NCBI GenBank assembly: GCA_002269645.1
Contig: NIVC01002972.1
Location: 18,097 to 82,096 of the forward strand
Length of the DNA stretch: 64,000 nt
Reading direction: 5' to 3'
Source: Macrostomum lignano
Lineage: Eukaryota
Below the pieces are notes generated by a model. It made no database searches. It was not told the origin of the DNA and was given only the letters and a program-made list of their open reading frames with translations. Both the position numbers and the translations under genes were made by a program. Positions 45,041-56,965 of the stretch are shown here, piece after piece; within the stretch, counting starts at the first letter, position 1; every line of letters begins with the position of its first letter.

Positions 45041-45829
45041 ATGTGAAAAGCTCCCCTTAGACGTCTGGCCTCATTTCGAAGAAAAAGCAAAAGTTAAATC
45101 CTGTCATTTACTATTTGATATCAAAACAAGATATTTTTTTATAAAATATATTTTGTCAGTATTACTTTAACATTAAGGCTTAAAAAGACAAGTTAAGGGA
45201 TATTTTTACCTTATTTGTTTAACATTTTAACATTAATTAAAACTTAATTTAACCTTAATCGTCCTTTAACATGGAGATCAAATATCAAATATGAATGTCA
45301 GTTTCGGTCTAAGTTATAAAGATTTCAGTGGGCCTATATACTTAGCATAGGCCTCGTCGGAATTTAGAAAGTGTTTTAGTACAGGAGATGTTCAGATAGA
45401 GCCTAGATTCTAGAAGTTTTACTTCGCAATTATATTTTTTTTCATTAAATCAATTTTTAATCTTTAAGGTGGCTAGGCAATTAATGTTTCATAGTTAAAC
45501 TGAAATGAACATTTTTACCAGTTGGTAGTTTGCTTGTCTAGACTTAAAGGTACTATCAACAAGACTTTTGTTTAACCTATAATAATTTATAATAGGCTTA
45601 ACCTATGCCTATGGTAATCAATTAGTTAATAAAAGGCCCCTAATCAATTGCAACTCCCTGATTTACACTGACCATGCAACTTACTTTTGATCAAAAGTGT
45701 GACTTAATTTTAAAAGAAACTGTTAAGCAAAAGTTAATGCAATTTTAGATAAATGGTAAAAGTAACTATAACTGTCCTATTTATTTAGGCTAAATCCCTT
45801 ATCATATCATCTCAATTAATATTGTAGGC

Positions 45830-46119
45830 GGCAATGGCTAGAGTTCCGGCACCAGAACCCATTTTCTAATGGCTACGGATCCGGCAGTGCCATTATAATA
45901 TAGATGGAACATTATATTTTTCTTTCTACAGGTGGCTGATATTGAGATTTTGTTCTAGATTAAAATTTAAGACAATATGATAAGATTCGGGACGAGATGC
46001 TTCTAATATTCAGACTTCTTAAGATATGTTCTTAGCAGTCTTTATATGCTTCTATATGGCACTGCCAGATCCCTAGCTGTTAGAAAACGGGTTCTTGTGC
46101 TGGAACTCTAGCCATTACC
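45830..46119. mobile_element. ~290-bp MITE with ~70-bp imperfect TIRs and 9-bp TSD
   Basis: Left GGCAATGGCTAGAGTTCCGGCACCAGAACCCATTTTCTAA... matches the reverse complement of the right end GGTAATGGCTAGAGTTCCAGCACAAGAACCCGTTTTCTAA...; flanks ATTGTAGGC (45821-45829) / ATTATAGGC (46120-46128). Confidence 0.8.
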
Positions 46120-46129
46120 ATTATAGGCC

Positions 46130-46791
46130 GGTTATCCTTCAGTTTTGTTCGTTTAATTATTTTCAGAGTCTTATATTATTTTTTACCCCTTTTTCAGCAT
46201 GGCAGGTTGCCCATCTGCTCTGACGACAATTGTTGCGACACGAAATAAGATTATCAAATTATTTGGTGGCCCTGAAAAGGGCCATTTTATCGTTTAGGTA
46301 CAATTACTATTACTATACACTAGCTGTGAAGAGTGTTTAGGCAGCATAGTAGTGGCTTACCCAGTATAGGAAGTCCACCAGTTGGGTTAGCTGCAAGTGG
46401 CTATGCTCAAAGAACAAGCCCTTCCTGATAGACTCCTAAGCGCAGCAGTCCTTGCAGGCCTAGGCCCAGCCATCAACGTAATGATCACCAGCTTGATGAC
46501 GTTAAAGCCGCATTTGGGGTGTCGTAAGCAGTTGTCGTTATGGCACTGGCACTCGTTGGGCAGCAGCCGGTACTTCACCAGCCAGTGCATCACAGATTGT
46601 GTGTCAGCAGTCAGGATAGCAAGGTCATGTATCTTCATGAACAGAAGATTGCATAGGTCAGTTGTTGGCCTGACCTCAGCCAGTGGGACAATTGTCGTTG
46701 GAGTAGATGGGCAACTCGCCATGCTGAAAAAGGGGTAAAAAATAATAAAAGACTCTGAAAATAATTAAATGAATGAAACTAAAGGATAGCC
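46130..46791 (-). mobile_element. Internally deleted Merlin (ISXO2/IS1016-like) DNA transposon with ~105-bp TIRs
   Basis: Inverted repeats 46130-46235 / 46687-46791 (GGTTATCC / GGCTATCC termini); flanks TTATAGGCC / TTGTAGGCC; internal minus-strand transposase remnant. Confidence 0.7.
46361..46722 (-). pseudogene. Decayed N-terminal fragment of an ISXO2/Merlin-type transposase
   Basis: MASCP...WLVKYRLLPNECQCHNDNC then, after a frameshift, MRL*RHQAGDHYVDGWA*ACKDCCA*ESIRKGLFFEHSHLQLTQLVDFLYW followed by a GTAAG donor; fits the C..C...DG.W.C..C....SIR.GSFFE.S.L.L....Y.W pattern I recall for this family; three stops. Confidence 0.65.
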
Positions 46792-48682
46792 TTGTAGGCC
46801 TACTATCTATTTTCTTTTATATAGGGGGCCTAGGCCTAGGCATTTTTCTGACTTACCCCTAGTCTATCACAATAGGATATCCAATGAGCCTATTTTTTAG
46901 CATGTGGATAGGGGCCTAAACAAAAATGGTAAAAAAGTGGTCTTCTTGGAATGGCTATAATTTTTTCAATATTAAAGATATGGAAAAATCTTATATAAAG
47001 TATTATATTATAGGCCTTTTCATTGAAAATAGACAAATAAATCTTTCATTTCAAATGATAGCTATATATTTTACTTGTTTAGTACATGATTACAAAGATA
47101 AAAAGCAATACCTAGAATACTAAAATAAGTAATAAAATAAAAAAGTTAAAAACATTTTATTGTAAAAAATGAGTAGGCCTACAAGTATAATCATAGGGCC
47201 TTAGACTTGTAACTAAATATTATTATCAATTATAATTTATATAATTTATGCAATATTACAATTTTGCAAATTTTACTCTTTATAAGCTTATTATCTACTA
47301 GGCCTAGGCTCTAGTCCAAATGTAATACCAAACAGAGGTAGATCCAAAGTGGATAGAAGAGAGGGCTAAGGAGGCCATGCCCCCTCTTAGCCATGGCCAA
47401 GAAAGTATAGCCTATTTTTTGGCCATAGGCTTATAGCTAAGAGGGGAAAGCAAATCGTTTTTAATGTTAGGTCATATATGTGCAACCTCAAAACTTTGGT
47501 TGGCTATATGATTTAGTTTTAACAAAAATGCAATATAGTTTTTGGCCAATAATGCGACTTATATGTAAAAGATACACTAAAGCAAATTAACAACTTTGAG
47601 TAAATAGCAGAAGTAACTATGACTGTATTATTAAGGCAAAATGCCTCATCATCTACTTAGTACTACTTGCGTATTTATTTTGGTGGGCATTTTTGTGACT
47701 TACCTTGGTTGGCCACCAAATCGGTTGGCCAGATTGGCCAACTTGGCCAACTGTTGCGCATGTATGTATTAGGTTATAATGCTTAATGTGTCCAACTTGG
47801 CCTCTTTTCCTATTTTGAATTTTCTAAATCCATGCCTATTATTATCACCAAAAGTATTAAAACTGTTTACCAAAGTGCTTATTACCAAAAGTTCTTATCA
47901 CAAATGAAACTTATAAGTAACCAAATTGAACAAGTAGGCCTTCTTTTAAACAGGTCTTAAAAGTTAAATCAATACTTACATGTAAGTTAGAATTCTTTTT
48001 TTGGTCAATTGCTTTTTATTAGTTTAAATAAAAAAATTGAGCATTATTCAAACAAATATTTAAAACCATAGCCATATGGGCATTTGTTACAAAATTATAA
48101 GATTTACTAAGGCTTAGAAAATATAAACATTTAATGACTTTATATCAATAGTAAAAAAGTAATATATGCATACCTATTAGCCAACCTAGCCTATTTGAAT
48201 TTGGCTATTATAAACTATTAGATTTTTCTTTTGTTTATATTTGACAATGTTTAATAACAAATATATATATATATTTTTCTCTCTTGTTAGATTAGTCATA
48301 AAACTTAATATTTTTTGTTAGAATCAAGTTACATAATGAGTATAATTTCAAAGGTTGCATATATATAAGCAAATAATATATTGCATTATACTATATGCCT
48401 AAATTTTTCCTTAATATAAGTATATTGTGCTTAGGCCTCTTGTGCATAGGTCGTTGTTTAGAAAAGCTCAAACATTACAATTTTAATGTGCAATTTTAAT
48501 ATAGGTTCAGATTTACAGACTTTGGTCTATTATGGTAGCATTTGAAAAAATCTTGATCTGAACATTGTTACTACTATTAAATTTTATTTATAACATAGGT
48601 TAAATAAACAGATTTTTTACCTTAAAACAAAACTGATTTTAAATGCTTATTTATAATAAATGCATGCCCATTTTGGCACCAA

Positions 48683-51600
48683 ATGGGTGCAGATCAGAGC
48701 AGACCAGATGATCAAGATGGACAAAATTGGCAGAATAGCAACAGTGCCAATGCTGCTAGCAGCAACAATAGCAACAACAATGCTACCTCCAATAGTATAA
48801 GTGAACCCATGGGCAACAACTTTGTGCAGAGCTTGTCTTCAACTCATAGACAGGCTGGTAGGCAGCAGACAGCTCAGTTGCCGCAGTCTCAACCAGTGCT
48901 TACTAGTAGTAGTAGTAATTTTGCAGCAGCTCTGTCCACTGCTACAGTGGCTAGTATGAGTGGCAATGGTGCAGTTGGCCCTGTCCAGTCTCGCACACTG
49001 CCACATCACTTTGCTAGACCACCGCCTGCTCATTATCAGCAGCATCATCAACACCAGCTGGCGCAAGCAGTTGCTGGTGCTGCCCAAATTCCACCTCGTC
49101 AAGTTCCGCATCAGCACCATACTCCAGCAAGACTGCCTCATCATCATGTTGAAAATAGTACGGCAAATAATAATAATAATACTTTGCAGTTTATTAAGCA
49201 TCATCGAATGCCAGACAGGCTGCCTGCACATCAGCATGGTAAGTATTTTGTCTGTATGTGGGTTTTTCTGACAGCCTAGAAGTTTATTTAGTGGTTTCGA
49301 GCTGACATCCCAGCAGTTTATCATTGGGTTGCGAGCTGACATCCCAGCAGTTTATTATTGGGTTTCGAGCTGACATCCCAGCAGTTTATCATTGGGTTTC
49401 GAGCTGACATCCCAGCAGTTTATCATTGGGTTGCAAGCTGACATCCCAGCAGTTTATTATTGGGTTGCAAGCTGACATCTCAGCAGTTTATCATTGGGTT
49501 GCAAGCTGACATCCCAGCAGTTTATCATTGGGTTTTGAGCTGACATCCCAGCAGTTTATTATTGGGTTTCGAGCTGACATCCCAGCAGTTTATCATTGGG
49601 TTTCGAGCTGACATCCCAGCAGTTTATCATTGGGTTGCAAGCTGACATCCCAGCAGTTTATTATTGGGTTGCAAGCTGACATCCCAGCAGTTTATCATTG
49701 GGTTGCGAGCTGACATCCCAGCAGTTTATCATTGGGTTGCAAGCTGACATCCCAGCAGTTTATCATTGGGTTGCAAGCTGACTAGTTGATTTATTTCATG
49801 CAAAACTTCAGCAACACCTGGCCAAGTAGCAACAGCAGCCGCCGCCACAGCCCCCACCGCAGTTGCCGCCGCAGCCGCAGCCACTCTGCAGGACGCCAAC
49901 AGTGGCCGTCGCGATCGCGATCCCGATCCATATCGATATCGAATAGATAGGCGCCAATCAGATAAGCCGAGGATACAGCTGATACAGCAGAAGCACGAGC
50001 ATAGCGGAGCCGGTGCTAGACAAAAAAATGAAGTTTATCATCCACAGGTAAACTTGATTGCTTGGCAAATTGTTTTATTTCATGAGAGAGGACTGCAATC
50101 TTTAGGGTTATTAAGTAATTTGATTGCTAGATAAAATTTTGCAAGGTAAATTGCGATAAAATGGGAATCATATTGAAAGATAACTTATGGGTATTATTTA
50201 GGATAAATTATAATTTTGGGATAAATTGAAATATATATTTTACTTAAATTATCAAGGACTTTAAGAAATGAATTGTGCATAATACTCACGGATAAATTAT
50301 GGATGATATTTCGGGATAAATTATGAATGATATTTAGGGATAAATTATGAATGATATTTGAGGATAAATTATGGATGATATTTCGGGATAAATTATGAAT
50401 GATATTTGGGGATAAATAATGAATGATATTTCAGGATAAATTATGGATGATATTTCGGGATAAATTATGGATGATATTTCGGGATAAATTATGGATGATA
50501 TTTCGGGATAAATTATGGATAATATTTCAGGATAAATTATGGATGATATTTCGGGATAAATTATGGATGATATTTCGGGAGAAATTATGCATGTTTTGAG
50601 GGATAAATTATGGATGATATTTCTGGATAAATTATGGATGATATTTGGGATAAATTATGAATGATTTTTTGGATAAATTATGGATGATATTTCGGGATAA
50701 ATTATGAATGATATTTAGGGATAAATTATGGATGATATTTCGGGATAAATTATGGATGATATTTAGGGATAAATTATGGATGATATTTAGGGATAAATTA
50801 TGAATGATATTTAGGGATAAATTATGGATGATATTTCGGGATAAATTATGGATGATATTTAGGGATAAATTATGGATGATATTTAGGGATAAATTATGGA
50901 TGATATTTCGGGATAAATTATGGATGATATTTAGGGATAAATTATGGATGATATTTCGGGATAAATTATGGATGATATTTCGGGAGAAATTATGGATGAT
51001 ATTTTGGGAGAAATTATGGATGAAATTTCGGGAGAAATTATGCATGTTATTGAGGAATAAATTTTGAATGATACTCGTAATTAGGGATGAAATATTGGAT
51101 GACAATGGGGGAAAATTATCGATGATGATTAGCGGATAATTATGGATAACATGGGGGATAAAATTGTAGATGATATTAGCGATACATTATTTATATTTTG
51201 AGGATAAAGTCATAAGTACTAGCACACTATATGCATTAGTTAAAGTTGCCGCCACTCCATTCCGCTATTGCTGCCGCAGGTGGAAGCAATCAGCCCAGCA
51301 CCTGAGGAGAATCTCGCCGATCAGCGTCTCCAGAAAGAGAAAACCGAAGTTGGCTACAGACTAATCAGCATCGAGAATGACATTAAAAGTGTCCAAGACC
51401 AGCTATTGGCAAAAACTGCCGAACGAGACAAATTATTAAGCCGAGTACGACAAAGCGAAACCGAAGAGGGCCGTCGCCGAGAAGACGAGGAGCTTGAGCA
51501 GCGGCTGGTGAATCCGTTTGCTGCTATCGTAGCCGAGAACCGGCGCAAAGCGGCACAGAGCCACAGGAAAGTGTGGCCGGAGCCGGTGCCGGATTCGCCC

Positions 51601-53073
51601 TATTATAATCAGCCGTCGGATGTGGCCGCTATACGCGATCAGGAGCTTCGGCATCGGGAATTTAAGCCGCGCCTAATTCGACACCTACGTCGCATCCGGC
51701 TAGCTAATGAGAGGCGCGAGCGTCATTTGCGCGACTCTTATAACGATCTGCAGCGGCATTGGACCCGCCGACTGGAGCGTCTGGCCAACAGTGGCAAGCA
51801 GAAGCAGCGCGAGGCGAAATGGCGCGATTATTTTGAACGATATTTTCCCGAGCTACGCAAGAGTAGAGACGAAAAAGAGAAGATGGAGCGGTTCTATGCT
51901 CAGCCGGCTCAGACGGCCAGAACCGAAGGCGAAGTGGCCGATATGATGGAGCTGATTAAACGGGCGAAAGAAGAGGAAGAGCGAATGAAAAGCTTGGCGG
52001 TATTGCCGCCGATGCTTCTAGCACCGTGGGATATCGCTAGGCGCTACGTGAACACGCAGGGCTTGCTACTGACTGACCCCAGCCAGCATTGGAGTAGTCA
52101 TCAAGATTTGTCATTCAAATGGACAGAGGCTGAGAGGCAAATATTTCGGGAGAAATTTCTTGTGTTTGGCAAAAACTTTAGCGCTATAGCAGCCTATTTG
52201 CATGGCAAATCGGTTAGCGAATGCGTGCAGTTCTATTATCTCACTAAGAAGAAGGAAGGCTACAAGATTTTGTTTAAGAAGCAGAACATTCGTCGCAGAG
52301 TTAATAAAGGAGCTGCCGCTGCCGCTGCCGCTGCCGCTGCTGCTGCCGCTGCTGCTGCTGCTGCTGCAGCTTCAACATCATCAGCATCTGCAGCCGGTAG
52401 TGTTCAACCAGTTCGGCCTAGCAGCAGCAGCACTGCTCAAGCTGAGCAGCAGACTCAACAATCAACGCCTCAGCAGCAGCAGCAGTCTGCAGTTGAAGAT
52501 GACTTTGACGATGTCAGCATGGACGGACAGGAGCAGGAGGAGCAACAGGAGACTTCTAATCAGCAGACCGAGGCCGATGGTAGTATTGAACTGCCACGCG
52601 GCGGCGTTAGCGGCAGTCGCGCGATCGAACTTCGATTGGCACTTTGGAGGAGCCGTCTCACACACAGCAGCAAAAGCAGCAGCTGCCTTTGACTCAGCGG
52701 TGTATTCGCGACAGGATTCACATGACTATTGAACAGAATTTTATACCATCGCCGACGGGTATTATGCAACAACAGCAAGAGCAGCACCAGTTGTTCAGAG
52801 AATATTTGCCTAATAAGCGAGAGTATCCTGCAATGCAGCAGCCTCAGCTGCATCAACCGCTAGCCAAACAGCCTAGGTTTGATTCTCATATTAATCAGCA
52901 GGCTCAATCGCCTTCGATTAGGCATTCCGCATTTGAGCCAGTCATTCAGCAGCATCATCAGCATCTGCAGCAGCCGCTGCCGCCTCCTCTGTCCAAGGCT
53001 ACTATGGACCAGCGGCATCACCAGCAACTTCTTGCTGCTGCGGCTGCTGCTGCGGCTTGGCAGCAACAGCAGC

Positions 53074-53107
<34 letters not shown>

Positions 53108-53204
53108 GCAGCAACTTTATCGTCCAAGGCTTCCCGTCTATCCGGAGCCTGCCGCATCTACTAGAGCAATAATGCAGGAAAATTTCTTGCAAGCCCAACA
53201 GTTT

Positions 53205-53246
<42 letters not shown>

Positions 53247-53837
53247 CAACAGGCTCAGCCTCATCACAGGCATTTGCCTCAGCATGGCGCTCCGACACTG
53301 CCGCCGCCACCGCAGCCGCCGCCTTCGTGGCTCCCGGGCATGGCTGGCATGTCCCAGACTGACATCTACGCGGCTAAGGCTGAGCAAACTTATCGAGATG
53401 AGGTTGAAAGCTATCGAAAATTTCGCGATCGAGCGCTTAGCGACGCCGAGCGGACTCGCACAAGCTCGGAGGCCAGCCAGTTGTACGTGCTGATGAAGAA
53501 GCGACAGGCTATGGCCGCTGCTGCTGCAGCTTCCTCTACTGCCGCAACGGTTCCTCCTCAGCTGCCTGACGCCATGCCTCCGCCGGCGCACGCCGCCCCG
53601 CAGAAGAAGCCGTTGGTGCCTCAGGCGCCGCCTCCGCCGCCGCCTGCTTCGCCGCTGCAACAACAGCAGCAGCAGCAGCTGGCCGCTCTGGCCCAGTCTA
53701 TGCAGCACAAGCACCCTCACCTGCATGGCCAGCTCAAGCCGCATCACTCTCATCAGCACAGTCAGTCACAGCAGCAGCAGCAGCAGCAAGTTCAACAACA
53801 AATCAATTTTGTTGCTGATATACACGCTAAATTGCTA

Positions 53838-53877
<40 letters not shown>

Positions 53878-55042
53878 CGCATCATCATCATCATCATCAT
53901 CATCATCACCGTCAGCAGACATCAGCGGCATCTTATCAAACGAATACAACAGCTACTGTTGCGTCAGCCAGCATCAGCAGCAGTGGCAACGGGTTTGTCT
54001 CTAGCGACTCAGCTGGTATTCATCGGCGCAGCTCCAGTTTTGGTAGCTCGTCAGCTATTGCCGCTGAACGGCACCCATTGTTAACAGAGCAGCAGCAGCA
54101 GCAGAAACCACAGCAGCCACAGCAGCAGCAGCAACAGATATCAGCCGCAAGCAGAGGCTCAGCTTTGCTGGCAGCAGCCGCTACGCCTGAGAAAACTGTC
54201 ACCGCTGCCAAATTAATAGACGTTATTATTCACAACCAGATTGTTAGCAATCTGCATTCGCCTCCGCAGCAGCAGCAACAGCAGCAGAAGCAACAATCTC
54301 AGCAGCAGCATCAACAGCCACACCGTCCCAGAGCAAACAGCAGTGCAGCTACGGTTGGCAATTCGTCAGCAGGCACCGCCGGCAGCCTAAGCGTGCTCAC
54401 ATTTGGCGATCATATTGAGAAAATAATTTGCGACGATTTTAAATTAGATAAACAACAGCAACAGCAGAAGAAGAAAGAAGAGCAGCAACAGGCTGCTGCT
54501 GAGAAGGCCGATTCGGATTCGGCTCGACTGCGGCAGCCGCGCCACGCAGCCAGTCGGGCACGCCAACAGGCAAGCACTGGTCAGACGTTGCTAAAACTTT
54601 GCACAAAAGTATCGAACAGCAAATCTTACAGGACCAGCAGGCTTCTTCTAGTAGCAGCAATAATGCTTCAGGCGATGCTAGCAGGCCAATAAAAAAACGA
54701 TTCATGTTCGGCTCGTCCGTGTCGGCTCCGACTGTCGACGAGGCGACGCCCGCTAGACAGGCAACTCCGCCGAGTGCTCCAGCTGTGCAGCAAAGCTCCG
54801 CTGCAGATGCTGCTGCTGCTGCTGCTGCTGCCCAGTCAAAAGCAGAGGAGCAGCCGGAAGCCCAGCCTACCAATGCTACAGCTGCGTCTGATCGAACAGC
54901 TCAAGAATCTCTAAACTCCGATACAGTCAGTCAAGAAGCAGAGGGAAAACAGGAGCAGCAACAACAGCAGCAGTCCTCTTCTGCCGCCACCAGTCCGGGA
55001 GACTTGCAGATCGATTTAGAAGCCAAAGTGTCTGATACCTAA
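48683..55042 (+). CDS. NCOR: Nuclear receptor corepressor NCoR/SMRT (SMRTER-like), 3 exons, ~1,520 aa if two apparent single-base frameshifts are corrected
   Basis: Exons 48683-49238, 49812-50047, 51280-55042. YHPQ|VEAISP motif spans intron 2; GPS2-binding ENRRKAAQSH; YYNQPSD; YFPELRK; AVLPPML; SANT/DAD WTEAERQIFREKF...CVQFYYLTKK (52120-52251); TRAIMQENFLQAQQF; CoRNR-like TAAKLIDVIIHNQI (54201-54242) and TFGDHIEKIICDDF (54399-54440). Confidence 0.92.
49293..49783. repeat. 34-bp minisatellite GAGCTGACATCCCAGCAGTTTATCATTGGGTTTC in NCoR intron 1
   Basis: Period 34. Confidence 0.95.
50285..51185. repeat. 24-bp minisatellite GGGATAAATTATGGATGATATTT(C/A) in NCoR intron 2
   Basis: Period 24, degenerating at the ends. 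Confidence 0.95.
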
Positions 55043-55289
55043 TCTATTAGATTGCGTTATTAAAACAAAAGAGAGAAGAATATTTAATAAAAAATGCGTT
55101 GTCAGTCATTCCATGTCGTCATGTTAGCCATGCTTTTGTGCAGCTTTCTGTAGAACCTGTCTCAGCCTGCCGCCCAAAGAGACAGTTGTTTTTAAATTAA
55201 AACTTCCTTTTTTAACTCACTGTCTGTCTGCTTGCTTTATAGACGTTTCTCCCGGTCAAGTTGCGAAATAACCGAAGCAAGACTTGGCA

Positions 55290-56965
55290 CCCTGGGTTAG
55301 AGTGCTCGGTCCTCCGTCTCTCCTGGGTTAGAGTGCTCGGTCCTTCGTCTCTCCTGGTTAGAGTGCTCGGTCCTCCGTCACTCCTGGGTTAGAGTGCTCG
55401 GCACTCGGTCACTCCTGGGTTAGAGTGAATTAAAACTCGGTTTGAATTAAAACTTCTTTTTTTAACTCACTGTCTGTCTGCTTGCTTTATAGACGTTTCT
55501 CCCGGTCAAGTTGCGAAATAACCGAAGCAAGACTTGGCACCCCTGGGTTAGAGTGCTCGGTCCTCCGTCTCTCCTGGGTTAGAGTGCTCGGTCCTTCGTC
55601 TCTCCTGGGTTAGAGTGCTCGGTCCTCCGTCACTCCTGGGTTAGAGTGCTCGGCACTCGGTCACTCCTGGGTTAGAGTGCTCGGTCCTCCGTCTCTCCTG
55701 GGTTAGAGTGCTCGGTCCTCCGTCTCTCCTGGGTTAGAGTGCTCGGTCCTCCGTCTCTCCTGGGTTAGAGTGCTCGGTCCTCCGTCTCTCCTGGGTTAGA
55801 GTGCTCGGTCCTCCGTCTCTCCTGGGTTAGAGTGCTCGGTCCTCCGTCTCTCCTGGGTTAGAGTGCTCGGTGCTCCGTCTCTCCTGGGTTAGAGTGCTCG
55901 GTCCTCCGTCTCTCCTGGGTTAGAGTGCTCGGTCCTCCGTCTCTCCTGGGTTAGAGTGCTCGGTCCTCCGTCTCTCCTGGTTTAGAGTGCTCGGTCCTCC
56001 GTCTCTCCTGGGTTAGAGTGCTCGGTCCTCCGTCTCTCCTGGGTTAGAGTGCTCGGTCCTCCGTCTCTCCTGGGTTAGAGTGCTCGGTCCTCCGTCTCTC
56101 CTGGGTTAGAGTGCTCGGTCTTCCGTCTCTCCTGGGTTAGAGTGCTCGGTCCTCCGTCTCTCCTGGGTTAGAGTGCTCGGTCCTCCGTCTCTCCTGGGTT
56201 AGAGTGCTCGGTCCTCCGTCTCTCCTGGGTTAGAGTGCTCGGTCCTCCGTCTCTCCTGGGTTAGAGTGCTCGGTCCTCCGTCTCTCCTGGGTTAGAGTGC
56301 TCGGTCCTCCGTCTCTCCTGGGTTAGAGTGCTCGGTCCTCCGTCTCTCCTGGGTTAGAGTGCTCGGTCCTCCGTCTCTCCTGGGTTAGAGTGCTCGGTCC
56401 TCCGTCTCTCCTGGGTTAGAGTGCTCGGTCCTCCGTCTCTCCTTGGTTAGAGTGCTCGGTCCTCCGTCTCTCCTGGGTTAGAGTGCTCGGTCCTCCGTCT
56501 CTCCTGGGTTAGAGTGCTCGGTCCTCCGTCTCTCCTGGGTTAGAGTTCTCGGTCCTCCGTCTCTCCTGGGTTAGAGTGCTCGGTCTTCCGTCTCTCCTGG
56601 GTTAGAGTGCTCGGTCCTCCGTCTCTCCTGGGTTAGAGTGCTCGGTCCTCCGTCTCTCCTGGGTTAGAGTGCTCGGTCCTCCGTCTCTCCTGGGTTAGAG
56701 TGCTCGGTCTTCCGTCTCTCCTGGGTTAGAGTGCTCGGTCCTCCGTCTCTCCTGGGTTAGAGTGCTCGGTCCTCCGTCTCTCCTGGGTTAGAGTGCTCGG
56801 TCCTCCGTCTCTTCTGGGTTAGAGTGCTCGGTCCTCCGTCTCTCCTGGGTTAGAGTGCTCGGTCCTCCGTCTCTCCTGGGTTAGAGTGCTCGGTCCTCCG
56901 TCTCTCCTTGGTTAGACTTCTCGGTACTCGCTCACTCCTGGGTTAGAGTGCTCGGTACTCGCTCA
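55290..56965. repeat. 31-bp minisatellite CTGGGTTAGAGTGCTCGGTCCTCCGTCTCTC, left junction duplicated
   Basis: Period 31, very homogeneous; the ~250-bp unique flank plus first units occurs at ~55195 and again at ~55447. Confidence 0.97.

Noticed and set aside
52202-54873. Overlapping and antisense ORFs in NCoR
   Set aside because: Shadow frames of CAG/GCT low-complexity coding sequence.
55290-56965. CRISPR-like 31-bp repeats (also the 28-, 30- and 34-bp arrays)
   Set aside because: Head-to-tail units without unique spacers, no cas genes, eukaryotic context.
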